A DNA stretch of 36,284 nt from assembly GCF_004010195.1 (NCBI RefSeq), contig NW_025215381.1, positions 144,037 through 180,320 of the forward strand, given 5' to 3'. Below the pieces are notes generated by a model. That model ran no database searches and was not told the DNA's origin. It saw only the letters and a program-made list of their open reading frames with translations. This stretch comes from Chiloscyllium plagiosum (taxonomy: Eukaryota). Both the position numbers and the translations under genes were made by a program. Below, piece by piece: positions 1 to 10,538 of the stretch (the first letter of the stretch is position 1; each line of letters begins with the position of its first letter).

Positions 1-39
1 GTTTCTGACTCTCCCACTGATACAGGAAGAGGGGAGAGA

Positions 40-372
40 GGTGATGGCCCAGTGGTGTTATCGCTGCACTGTTAACGTGGAAACCCACCTCGGAGCCTGA
101 GCTCAAATCTTGCCCCAGTAGGCGGTGGGATTTGAATTCAGTTAAAAATCTGGAATTATGTGCCTAATGGTGACCATGCATCCATTCTTGGGAAAAAAGC
201 TTATCAGGTTCGCTCATGCCCTTTAGAGAAGGAAATCTGCCATCTTTACCTGGTCTGGCCTACCTGAAACTCAGACCCTCAGCAATGTTCTTGACTCAAA
301 GCTGCCCTCTCGGGATGGATAATAAATCCTGGCCTGGCCAGTGATATCCACATCCCATGAATGAATTAAACA
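40..372 (+). mobile_element. tRNA-type SINE (family B) with LINE-like 3' tail
   Basis: A-box-like TGGCCCAGTGG head, internal gaaggaaatctgcc..acctggtctggcctac core, tail aataaatcctggcctggccagtgat..cacatcccatgaatgaattaaa. Similar copies occur elsewhere in the window. Confidence 0.7.
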
Positions 373-503
373 AGAAAGGCAGTGGTTTTCTGGAAGATGG
401 ATAAGGCCAGTATGTTATCTCCTGCTACACTCTCCTAAGTCTGTTCTGGAACGTGATTCCAGCATGTTACACCATCTGTTTGTTCCCTTACTGCCCACCT
501 CAC

Positions 504-596
504 CTTCACCAGCAGATACACGGCTGCTGACGATCCGAAAGCCCCATTGTAGAGTGTGATGACGGTGGCACGTTTGTTCCCGAATAGATTCCCAAC
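504..596 (-). CDS. SLC43A3: SLC43A3-like coding exon 5 ([31 protein letters not shown]); gene continues left of the window
   Basis: Acceptor ttctctctgactccAG, donor AAG|GTGAGG, 93 nt, phase 0 to 0. [17 protein letters not shown] motif. Confidence 0.93.
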
Positions 597-759
597 CTGG
601 AGTCAGAGAGAACAGAAACCATCAGTGGATTGGGGGTGGTGTGTAATCCTGCAAGCCATTCTGGGAGTTAGCAGTCTATACTGAACAGTGATGGGCATGG
701 ATCCAATCTCGGCCTTGCACTGAGAGAACCATATCGCACATGGTTTAGACAGAGAGAGC

Positions 760-1320
760 ATGTTTCCTTATATGGGGCATCCAGAATGAGAGGGCCTCAA
801 TTTAAGATGAGGGATAGCTGATTTCCAACGGAGATGAGGAGGAATGACTTTGCTCATAGGGCCGTGAAACTGTGGAATCCACTCCCTCAGACAGCAATGG
901 ATACTGGGATATTGAATCAATTTGTAGAATCCTTACGGTATAGGAAGAGGTAATTTCCCCCAACAAGTCTGTACCAACCCTCGAGCCCTCTGGGCAATCC
1001 ACCGGACCTGCACATTTTTGGACTGTGGGAGGAATCCAGATCAAACCCACGCACACATGGGGAGAACAGGTAAACTCCACACAGGCAGTCGCCCAAGGGT
1101 GGAATCGAATCCAGGTCCCTGGTACTGTGGGGCAGCAGTGCTGAGCTACCATACCAACCTGGAAGGTAAGGAGACAGACAGATTTTTAATGAGCAGCAGA
1201 AGGGTTATGGAAGGCAGGCAGGAAAGTGGAGTTGAGGCCGAGATGAGATCAGCCATGATTGTTTCGAATGGTGGAGCAGGCTCAAGGGGCTGAATGGCCT
1301 CATCCTGTTCCTCCTGGTAT
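760..1320 (+). mobile_element. CR1-type LINE 3' fragment, interrupted by a SINE at ~925-1156
   Basis: gagatgaggaggaat..ctgtggaat.. and tail gaatggtggagcaggctcaaggggctgaatggcct; similar to 8000-8415, 12200-12420 and 17640-17920. Confidence 0.65.
925..1156 (-). mobile_element. HE1/V-SINE-like tRNA-derived SINE
   Basis: Reverse complement carries the head cagcactgctgccccacagtaccagggacctggattcgattcc and the core ctcccacagtccaaaaatgtgcagg, shared with 13168-13502. Confidence 0.8.
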
Positions 1321-1709
1321 TTACAGTGTCCAGCCCTCGTGAGCTAGCAGGAATGGCCTCAACACCACAGGTCATTGGCATACCCAGTCACAGTAAATGG
1401 CTCCAATTCCCTTCACTTCCCTCAACTATCCAATTGTTAACAGCAGAGCTTAACAAAACAGAAACACAGAAATGATGGAAAGAGGTATATTTCTTCAACG
1501 CTGTTGGCATAAGACTATTAAATTATATGAGCAGAATTAGGTCAGTCAGCCCTAATGTTTTAAGTGATCTGAACTGATTCTCCCTCTTATTAGCAGTACG
1601 TCACGGAATCCTATTGACTGATGCTAATGACATGCATTCGGCTCCCCGAGATAATAATATTCACGAGAAAGGGCTTCGATTAAGGGGCTACTCTCCAAAA
1701 GCAGGAGAC

Positions 1710-1970
1710 AATGGCCTTGTGGAGTTATTAACCCAGAAACACCCAGGTCATGATGTGGGGAGCCAGGTTCAAATCCCTGCCACAGCAGATGGTGGATTCA
1801 ATATAAAACCTGAAATTAGGGTCTAATGATGACCAAATTGTCAGTAGGGGAGGGTAACCCATCTGTTACCTTCCATAAGGTAGGTAACTGCTGTCATGAC
1901 CTGGTGTGGCTTAGAATTATCCAACTGTGGTTGACAAATAACTGCCTGACTGGCGATAAATGCTGACCTA
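1710..1970 (+). mobile_element. tRNA-type SINE (family B), degenerate
   Basis: B-box ggttcaaatcc; similarity to 40-372; tail gataaatgctgaccta. Confidence 0.55.
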
Positions 1971-2619
1971 CTGTGAAGAGAGTGCTGAGAACATTCAGAA
2001 AAGCACATGATGTCATCGAAAGAGATTCATCCAATCAAAATGCTTGACTTCCAGTCAGCGCTGGAGCTGGTGAAGGTTCAGCGTTGCACTGTTGGAGCGG
2101 CAGTATTGAGGGAGTTTCATAGGGAAGAGGTGCTTCACCATCTGTGTGGAAGTAAGGGTTTTCCCCACAGTCTCAGGAACTGAAGGGCTATTTCTTGATC
2201 AGAATAGCAGCACTGCAGGAATGCTGCCCGGTCAGTAATGAGGGAAGATACTGGATTGGAGAGTTCAGAATTGCTGATGGCCTAGGCAACATTCATGATT
2301 GAAATGCAACCAATTTGTAGGCAGAAAGTTTCTTCACATTGTGAGATGAACAATCAATGGTCAATCTCTCTAATGGTGTAACTCAATACAGACCTTCAGG
2401 CACTGCAGCACTCCCTCAATATTAGACTCTCAAATACAGGCTCCCTATCAGAGTGACAAGACATAACCCCCTCGGTACTGTCCTGTGAGACACCGTCAGA
2501 CTATTCGAATACTGATCCTATAATAGTGGATATTGTGTGGTTACTGAATCCCAATAGTGCAGCATTCCCTCAGTACGGACAGCGACAGTGCTGTACATCC
2601 TCAGCTGAAAGACAGGGTA

Positions 2620-2715
2620 ATGAAGAAGGGTCACTGGATTTGAAATGTTAACTCTGTTTCTTTGTCCACAGATGCTGCCAGATCCTGCTGAGTTTCTCCA
2701 GCAATCTCTGAGCTT
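2620..2715 (+). mobile_element. Penelope-like terminal fragment with decayed hammerhead motif
   Basis: atgaagaagggtcactggatttgaaatgttaactc...acagatgctgccagatcctgctgagtttctccagc; similar to 25275-25410. Confidence 0.55.
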
Positions 2716-2783
2716 GTCTTGACGCTGAGTCTCCGACAGTACAGCATTCCCTGTAGAGATTCTGCCAGATGACTGGCCATTAC

Positions 2784-2860
2784 CTGTATGTTGGTGGTGA
2801 AGAAGAGGATTCCACCACCTGCGATCATGCAGGCTGCAGGGAACAGCAGGATAGCAGAAT
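2784..2860 (-). CDS. SLC43A3: SLC43A3-like coding exon 4 (DSAILLFPAACMIAGGGILFFTTNIQ)
   Basis: Acceptor ctgttccctcacAG, donor CAG|GTAATG, 77 nt, phase 1 to 0. Matches the SA.LLF.A......GGILF..TN.Q pattern. Confidence 0.92.
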
Positions 2861-3126
2861 CTGTGAGGGAACAGAGGGTGACAGTGATCATGAGATATAA
2901 AAGGGAATTGCATTACTGCAAGCATGTGGAACCTCAGCTCATCAGCCAAGATGGTCCATCACATGGAGCAGTGGAACAATGTGAGGGAAAGGGCAGGCAA
3001 TTTTCACTGTCACTAACATTGAGAATAGCATCACAAACAAGAACAATGGACTCCCACCGAGATGCAGTGCTGTAGGGGAGGGCTCAGTGCCTTACTGAAT
3101 GAATGATTTTAGTGTCACGTGTATTT

Positions 3127-3200
3127 TACTTCATAGCTCAGTGGGTTAAAGTGCCTGCCATGTAAACAGGAGACCCTGATTTCAAATCTCAATGCAGCTT
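3127..3200 (+). pseudogene. tRNA-Thr(TGT)-derived pseudogene
   Basis: 74 nt colinear with vertebrate tRNA-Thr (GGTTAAAG.GCCTG.C.TGTAAACAGGAGA.CCTG..TTC.AATC.CA). Anticodon TGT at 3161-3163. U33 is replaced by A, there are stem mismatches and a damaged B-box. TTTT follows at 3203-3206. Confidence 0.8.
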
Positions 3201-3206
3201 TGTTTT

Positions 3207-3520
3207 GGCTGCGGCAGTGGTTCAGTGGTTAGCACTGCTGCCTTGCAGTGCTAGGGACCCGGGTTCGATTCCCGTCTTAAGAGACTATTTGTGTGGAGTT
3301 TGTATGTTCTCCCCGTGCCTGTGTGTACTTTGCTCCCAAAGTCCAAAAGTGTGCAGTTTAGGTGGATTGGCGGCACTGAAAAATTACCCCAGAGAGTCCA
3401 AGTTGGGTGGATTACTCCCTGTAAACTTGGGGCTACATGGATAAGGTGGGATGCCCTTCAGAGGGTGGAGAAAGACTTGATGGGCTGATTGGTCTCTATC
3501 GTCTCTGTAGGGATTGTATG
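3207..3520 (+). mobile_element. HE1/V-SINE-like SINE, near full length
   Basis: A box tggttcagtgg, B box ggttcgattcc, core tgtgtggagtttgtatgttctccccgtg, CR1-like tail gacttgatgggctgattgg. Confidence 0.82.
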
Positions 3521-4261
3521 TTTCTGTAATGAGTGTATTTTCAGCACTGGTTGAAAAATACATGCCTGGTGACAACTTCTGTCACGTAAAGGCATTAAGA
3601 GATATAGGCCAGAGATATGGAGTTAGGCCACAGACAGCCATTGAATGGCATAACAGGCTTGAGGAGCTGAATGGCCTCCTCCTGTCCCTGTGTTCTGATG
3701 ATACCCACAATCCTGTCCTTGGATTGTGAAGCCCTTCATCATCAGCCGTGCTTCACATGTTCACTTGGTCATCAATTCTCCTCATTCAACTTTAAAATTA
3801 TCTCTCCCTGTCCGACAGGCTGCACTGACATCAGGGAATCGAAGGATCCCTCATCAAGCTTATTAGCATTTGGAAATGTTTGAATAAAGCAGACAGAGGT
3901 TGAGTTCAACTTGAGGAACCTGTTGGTCATTAATGTGCAATACACAGCAATAAATTCAAAAGGGAAATGCAGCAAGGGGATGTTGTGGAGTCTGCTAACC
4001 GATGAGTTAGTTGAGATGAACAATATGTGCATTTAAAATGAACTAAGCTAAGCCTGAATGCCAATCGATGGCGGTCATTCATGTATGTGTAAACATTTAG
4101 GACAGTAAGGAACATTAGAATGTTGTAAAGGTTGGTAGGATATGGTGAGAATGAATGACATCTTTCTGTTCTGACCATCATCATTAACAGGCTTTATGTA
4201 CTGGATTATAGCGTTACCCATCTGCCAAGACTCTGCACAGAAATAAAGGTGTTTGACTCAC

Positions 4262-4308
4262 CTGGAGTGGAGAAGGCAATCATTAAATTGGCAGAGGTGT
4301 ACAGAGAT
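4262..4308 (-). CDS. SLC43A3: SLC43A3-like coding exon 3 (I-SLYTSANLMIAFSTP-D)
   Basis: Acceptor ctttctccatctccccAG, donor AG|GTGAGT, 47 nt, phase 2 to 1, which exactly bridges the neighbouring exons. Resembles IFFYTTATLIIAFTS of mammalian SLC43A3. Not in the ORF track. Confidence 0.9.
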
Positions 4309-5024
4309 CTGGGGAGATGGAGAAAGACAGTGCGATAAATTCAAGACTCTCTCATCATCACATTGTACTCCTTGTACCCTTTCACCCAACCTGAACAAAA
4401 TCCCAGATACCCAGCCACATGCAGACCAGTCTATCACTTACCCCCCCTCCCCAAGGGTAATTAAGGATGGGTGATAAATGCTGGCCTTAACTCCACCTAC
4501 AATCCTTCGAGGGCCAAATAAAACCAAGATGGCCATGTGGATACATGATTTGACCTTTGTAGGAGGTTCCTCCTGAATTCCTTTAAATCACAAATATTTT
4601 GCTGGTGTTTGTGACAATAACATTCAAAACTGGCCAGTGGGCCACTGTAGGCCAGTTCATACCAGGTGCACAATCTCGGACACTGTTACACAAAGTGGAT
4701 TGTTTCCTCAGAATGATGTGCTCACCAATGGGGCTTTATTCTTCCTTTACTACTGTTCACTCCATCCCATGGATTACCCTCCCCCTCCTCTCCTCACTCC
4801 AACTAATGATCACACTGGCCTCGCCCAGTTCCGACCCCAAATCTATCCAACCACTTTTCTCTCCTCCTACCCACCCTCCCCTGAAAGTGCCCCAAAAGCT
4901 GTGCTCCAAATTTTGCCTCTCCCCTCCAATCCATTTTCACCCTCTGTCCTCTCTTTCTCCATCTGCCTGCCCTTGACACTGCCTCTCCAGATACCTTCGT
5001 GCTCCCATTCCCACTCTCTGACCT

Positions 5025-5180
5025 AGAATCTACAAAGTGGAAAGAGGCCATTCAGCCCATCAAGTTTGCACTGACCCTCCAATGAGCATCCCACCGTATC
5101 ACCCCACAACATCCCATTTACCCGTGGCTAATCCATCAAACCCTCTGAACACTGCAGGGCAATTTAGCATGAACACCCCA
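5025..5180 (-). mobile_element. HE1/V-SINE-like 3' half
   Basis: tagaatctacaaagtggaaagaggccattcagccc...gggcaatttagcatg is the reverse complement of the tail of the other HE1-like copies. Confidence 0.6.
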
Positions 5181-5278
5181 TCTTTCATTGTCCTACCCAG
5201 CTCCCCTCGTTCACCCTGCAGCTAATATACGACCAGACAGTAATGGTAACCCGGGCAGAGAAAACATTGAGGACTCAC

Positions 5279-5411
5279 ATGGCTGTGAATCGTGTCACCA
5301 TGGTGCCACAGTAGTCAAACAGGAACCCACAGGGCAGGGTGATGAAAGAGAGCGAGAACGATGCCAGCGTGAAGACCAGGGCGAAGTGCTGATCCTGTAG
5401 ATCACAGTCCA
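5279..5411 (-). CDS. SLC43A3: SLC43A3-like coding exon 2 (VDCDLQDQHFALVFTLASFSLSFITLPCGFLFDYCGTMVTRFTA)
   Basis: Acceptor cttcctttgaaccAG, donor AT|GTGAGT, 133 nt, phase 1 to 2. Matches the DC..QD..F.L.FTL.SF.....P.G..FD pattern of SLC43A3. Confidence 0.92.
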
Positions 5412-7184
5412 CTGGTTCAAAGGAAGGTGGAGAGACAATGAGAGGGAGTGAAAAGGAGGGAGAGCATGGTTGGGGAGGGACAGCATGGGAAGAGAGAATA
5501 AGTTGAAAGCAATGAGAGGCAAAATGTGTGAAGTGAAGCCAAAAATGAGGGAAACTATCAAGAAAAGCATAAGACCAGAGTGAGCAAGATAGAGAGGGTG
5601 AGCAACGCAAAGGATAAGGTATCAAGAGAGAAATAGTAAACAGGAGTGATTGAGTCAGAAAGAATCTGACAACAAAAAAAATTGAAGAAGCTGGATGGAG
5701 AGAGACAGAGCAGAAAACATGCCTGAGAACGTGCGAGATCGTCAGAAGGAGACAAAGATACAGAAAAAGGCAGTGAGACAAAATACTGAGACTGTGTTCA
5801 ATGGAGGTTGATGAATAAAGATAAAGTCAACATAGTCTGCAAGGACCATGGGGCTGCTCTGTCATTATAGAGAGAGAGAGAGACAGACGGAGACCGTAGG
5901 GTTGGAAGGCTCTCAGGTGAGGAGACAGGTTGAGATGGAGAATCCTAAATGGTAACCTGAGCAAGTGCTGGAATTGAACCCACGCTGTTGGCATCATACA
6001 TATTGCAAGCCAGCTGACTGAGCTGTCAGAGCCCCAGGCTGATGAATACCAAGAGAGAGAACAAAAGCCAATGAGCAAAAAACAATTAATAAGAAAGAAC
6101 GTTCCACTGCTAGTGCAATTCATCCACCAATTCACCGGAGATCGTTTTGAAAGCTAATCATTTTTGTGATGAATTAGAATGTAGACTGCAGGGCCAGGAC
6201 ATGGAAGATAACCAGCTCCAGAATTTCTGTCAATGTATTGTATTCAGCTGAGATAAAAGATGAGGTTTCAGTCAGTTCCCACATTACTTTGGCAATGGGA
6301 TCTTCCCTCAAGCTTGCTCCTTCAATAGTGCTCTCGCAGGGTTAAACCCTCACAGAGCAATGCCCCTCTGGTACTTAAGCCTTCAAAACCAGCTCACTGA
6401 CAGTGCAGATCTTTCTCCAGTCCTGCGTTTGGGCTGTACTCCATCGGGACTGCTGTCCTTGGTACTGATTGTCTAGTCACAATTCATCCTCAGGAGATTT
6501 CCTCTGACAGTGGGGCACACCCACATCTGACAATCCAGCTCTCCTTCCATGTTGTCCCGATCCCAGGACAACCCTCCTCTAGTACTAGCACCAGGACCCT
6601 GTCTACGCATGTTCAGGTTCCGAGAGTAACTTCAATACTTTTGGTCAGGGGTAGGAATGAGAGCTATCAAAGTGAGACTGATGGCAAGTCATGGAGGTGG
6701 TGTCTTCATCTTCAACTTTCAAATTTTGCAACTCAGAGATCATGTGGCCTCACATTATGTTCATTGCTGTTTAATTATTGACAATCATTCAGAGGCTGGG
6801 AATCCTGCTGGAAGTAACTCACCTCCTAACTCCCCAAAGCCTGTCCACAAGATACCAGTCAGGAGTGTGGGGGAATACTCCCCACATGCCTGGATAGGTG
6901 CAGCTCCAACAACACTCGAGAAACCTGTCACCATCGAGGACAAAGCAGCCGCATGATTGGCACCAAATCCACTAACAACCACTCTCTCCACCACCAACGC
7001 TCAGCAGCAGCAGTGTGTGCCATCAACAAGATGCACTGCAGAAACTCACCAAAGATCCTCAGATAGCACCTTCCAAACCCACAACCATTTCCATCTAGAA
7101 GGATAAGGGCAGCAGGTACATGGGAACACCAGCCCTGCACGTTCCCCTCCGAGCCACTCATCATCCTTACTTGGAAATATCTCG

Positions 7185-7713
7185 TTAAAAATCACACAAC
7201 ACCAGGTTATAGTCCAACAGGTTTAATTGGAAGCACACTAGCTTTTGGAGCGACGCTCCTTCATCAGGTGATTGAGGAGGGCTCGATCGTAACACAGAAT
7301 TTATAGCAAAAATTTGCAGTGTGATGTAACTGAAATTATACATTGAAGAATTGATTGTCTGTTAAGCCTTTCATCTGTTAGAATACAGTGATCGTTTCAC
7401 TTCTTTCATGTATAGTCCAACAGGTTTAATTGGAAGCACACTAGCTTTCATGAAAGAAGTGAAACGATCACTGTATTCTAACAGATGAAAGGCTTAACAG
7501 ACAATCAATTCTTCAATGTATAATTTCAGTTACATCACACTGCAAATTTTTGCTATAAATTCTGTGTTACGATCGAGCCCTCCACAATCACCTGATGAAG
7601 GGGCGTCGCTCCGAAAGCTAGTGTGCTTCCAATTAAACCTGTTGGACTATAACCTGGTGTTGTGTGATTTTTAACTTTGTACACCCCAATCCAACACCAG
7701 CATCTCCGAATCA
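7185..7713. mobile_element. Penelope-like element end with inverted terminal repeat (227-bp arms)
   Basis: 7184-7410 is the near-perfect reverse complement of 7449-7675. TSD tggaaatatctcg (7172-7184) / tggaaatatatcg (7714-7726). The right arm is homologous to 14860-15131, which follows a GIY-YIG-type C-terminus. Confidence 0.85.
7589..7623 (+). ncRNA. Minimal type I hammerhead ribozyme motif (PLE-associated)
   Basis: CAC-CTGATGA-A-GGGGC gtc GCTCC-GAAA-GCTA-GTG: conserved core boxes, 5-bp stem II, palindromic AGCT stem III, CAC/GTG stem I. Confidence 0.75.
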
Positions 7714-7914
7714 TGGAAATATATCGGCATTCCTTCACTATCGCTGGGTCAAAACCTTGGAACCCCTTCCCTCAGGGCATTGTTGGTCAGCCTACTGCAT
7801 ATGGACTGCAGTGGTTCGAGAAGGCAGCTTCTCGGGGGGGGGGGGCAACTCAGGATGGGCAATTAATGCTGACCCAGCCAGCAATGCCCAAAGCCCATGA
7901 GCGAACAAAAAAAT

Positions 7915-8415
7915 TATTAGACAAAACCTGGAGTACTTTGAACAAGTCCATCCTCCAAATTGGAGGAATATACTGGCCCTGGAAGCAATCCTGAGAGATT
8001 TCACTCGGTGAATACGGGGGAAGGAGATGTTTGTGTCTGGAGTATAGAAGAATGATAGGAGACTTTATTAAACCATAGAAAATTCTTAGGAGGTTTATTT
8101 GGGTCAGTTCAATTTGAAGGAGAGTGGAGGAGCAGAGAGGACATCATCTCAGAGGAAGGGCTCACACATCGAGGAAAGAGATTGGGAAGAGGTTTGTTCA
8201 TCTTCTTAGAAACCTTTACCAGAGAGGCCTGGGGAAGCTGGGTTGTTAAGTATATTCAAGATTTGTAATCAGCAAGGGGATGCAAGGTAATGGGGATTAG
8301 TTAGGAATTTGGAGTTAAGGATTGTTAGATCAGCCCCAATCTCATTGAATAGTGGGGCAGACACAATGAGCCAAATGGCCTACTCCTGTTCCCCTATCTT
8401 ATGGTCTTATATGAA
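7915..8415 (+). mobile_element. CR1 LINE 3' fragment, degenerate
   Basis: ctggagtatagaagaatgataggagactttattaaa.. and tail gaatagtggggcagacacaatgagccaaatggcctactcctgttcc. Confidence 0.6.
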
Positions 8416-8769
8416 CCATGAAGGTGTGACTGTGGCTAACTACCTCTGGTGTCGCTGCTCTGAGTATCCAAGTCTTACAATTCATGGAATCATGTTGTCT
8501 CATAGTGCGTTTGATCCTGTTTCATGCATCTATACAGTGTGGTGCCAAAATCCCTCGGTAATGTTGCATATTATACTTTATATTGACAGTGCGATTAGGA
8601 AACACATTCTGTGCTTGAAGCAGCACCACTTCATCACTCACTAAAATCGCAGTCAATGTTCTGGGAGTGATTTCAGTACCGATCAAGAGAAGGTATTTTG
8701 CATGGATTGGTGATTGTGTTCTTGAACGTTAATGTAGCTGCACTTATCCAGCCAATTTTATATATATAT

Positions 8770-9080
8770 TTTACTTCATTCACAGTATGTGGACATCACT
8801 GGCCAGGTCAGTATTTATTACTCATCCCTAATTGTCCAGAGGGCAGTTGAGAGTTGACCACATTGCAGTATGTGGCATGTCGGTTACAACAGGTAAAACT
8901 AACAGATTTTCTTCCCGAACAGGCATCAGTGAACTAGGTGGATTTTTCCTGACAGTCATCAACATTAGTCCCTTTTCCCTGGAGTTTATTGAATTCATTT
9001 GCCATGGTGGCATTTGAACCTGGTTTCCCAGAATATTCCCTGCGTCTCTGGATTAATAGTCTAATGATAATACCATTAGA
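8770..9080 (-). mobile_element. tRNA-type SINE (family B)
   Basis: Reverse complement of the family B tail (tttattactcatccctaattgtccagagggcagttgagagt) and head (tttgaacctgg..ctctggattaatagtcta). Confidence 0.65.
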
Positions 9081-9309
9081 CCCTTATAATATATCATCAA
9101 AAAAAACTAATCAACCACAGAATATATCATCTGACTGGGGTTTTGGTCCAACTTTGGAGAGTTAAGATGGGAGTTATTACAGCAGAATTTGTAGTTGCTG
9201 GACTTTTCTAGCTATATTCTTGGTCCATCAAATGTCTGCTCAACAGTAAACCCAATTATGTTTATGGAATGGGTGCAGCCACCAAAATACCATTGAAAGC
9301 TAAGGTCAG

Positions 9310-10151
9310 GTGGTGTGATTTGTCAGTGTCAAGTGGGATGAGATGTGCCTTTAAGAGGGATTAGTTCTATCCTGCTTCTCTTGAAGAGCGCTCATGGTGA
9401 GGTGTCTGTTCCATGGAAAGCAGAGAAAATAGTTTTGGGTTTTCTTTAAAGTAGATAGAAGAAGGCGGGTGGAGTCAGGCTTACACACAGACCCAAGAGT
9501 CTTGTTTTTCCTTTCATTTGGTGAAATTAGTGTTTTTGGAGTTGAAGCTGCCGGATACCGCTCTCTCTCTCTCTCTGCTGCTGTAAAAAAAAAGCACGAG
9601 TTCTCTTTCAGCTGCTAGATCCATTTTTGAAGAATCTATTCATTTTGTGGGATATGGCAGCATTGGCTGGAACAGCACTTATTGCCATTCCCATTTGCCC
9701 ATTGAGAAGGTGAGGGCGAGCTGGCTTCTTGAACCACTGCAGCCCACCTGCTTGGGTTGACCCACAATACCATTAGGGAGGGAATTCCAGGATTTTGACC
9801 TGGCGACAGTGAAGGAACGGCAATGTATTTCCAAGTCAGGGTGCTAATTATCTTGGAGGGGAACCTAAAGGTGGTGGTGTCTCTCTCCTTGACTGGAGGA
9901 GTGAGATAAGTTAGGGAAACCTGTTTTGCTGTATTTCCTTTGCCAAGGGATGCTGCGAAATTGGAACAGTTCTTTGTTTGTATTTCAACTGTGGTATAAG
10001 AATAAAGTCTGTTTTGATAAAATAGTTTGACCAATTGAATTACAACAGGACCAGAGTGCCTAAAACCTGCCTTTAAATAAGCTAAAATAGGATCTCGGTG
10101 ATATTCCTTGACACATTGTGAGAGGGGGCGGGTTTGGTCTGGTCCATAGCA
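9310..10151 (+). mobile_element. Possible solo LTR, interrupted by a LINE 3' end at ~9635-9880
   Basis: cctttaagag motif, CT tract, AATAAA near 10001, and an end at ...ggtccatagCA. The 5' boundary and TSD were not established. Confidence 0.35.
9635..9880 (-). mobile_element. CR1/L2-group LINE 3' end, same family as 6815-7915
   Basis: Reverse complement matches 7130-7180 plus 7720-7910 (acttggaaatacattgccgttccttcactgtcgcc..gcagtggttcaagaag), without the PLE insertion. Confidence 0.72.
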
Positions 10152-10354
10152 TCAAAGCTGATCATTTTCTGGGCCATGTCTAAGGCAAGGCCATGTCTTT
10201 GCAGGTATTAATTCCTGATCCCCCTTCTCCCCTTCATCACCCTGTGTCTCCCTCAAGAGCCCTCATCCCCCCGTCTCGCTGTCACTTCCCCACATCTGTC
10301 CTTTTCCCTTTAACTCTGTGTCTCTCCCGCACACGCTCAGTGACACACTCTTAC

Positions 10355-10538
10355 CAGTACTGTTCCTCTCTCCACGGTGGCTGATGTTGCTGACTGAGTC
10401 ACAGAGATCGGAGAAATAGCCCTCCTTCTTCAACACAAAGACCAGGGAGGCCCAGCCGAAGATGGCACCCCCGAAGCATAGACACTCGAAGAGGCCATTT
10501 GCAAAGGTCAAATACTGCTTGATTTTGATGCTCAACAT
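10355..10538 (-). CDS. SLC43A3: SLC43A3-like transporter, first recognisable coding exon (MLSIKIKQYLTFANGLFECLCFGGAIFGWASLVFVLKKEGYFSDLC...RNST)
   Basis: The GLFEC.CF.G.IFGW.SLVFV.K.EGYF.DLC pattern matches the SLC43A3 N-terminus. ATG at 10538, donor G|GTAAGA at 10354, 184 nt, ends in phase 1. Confidence 0.9.

Larger units (their letters stand above)
6815..7915 (+). mobile_element. CR1/L2-group LINE 3' end, split by a PLE insertion at 7185-7713
   Basis: Translates to VRSVGEYSPHAWIGAAPTTLEKPVTIEDKAA (post-RT region of a CR1-group ORF2). Tail gggcaattaatgctgacccagccagcaatgccc..A-rich. Sequence resumes after a TSD. Confidence 0.7.

Noticed and set aside
3127..3200. Functional tRNA-Thr gene
   Set aside because: U33 is lost, the acceptor, anticodon and T stems have mismatches, and the B box is damaged.
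5412..5781. Hydrophobic N-terminal part of the 168-aa minus ORF
   Set aside because: Pyrimidine-rich intron upstream of the acceptor at 5413-5412; only 5411-5279 matches SLC43A3.
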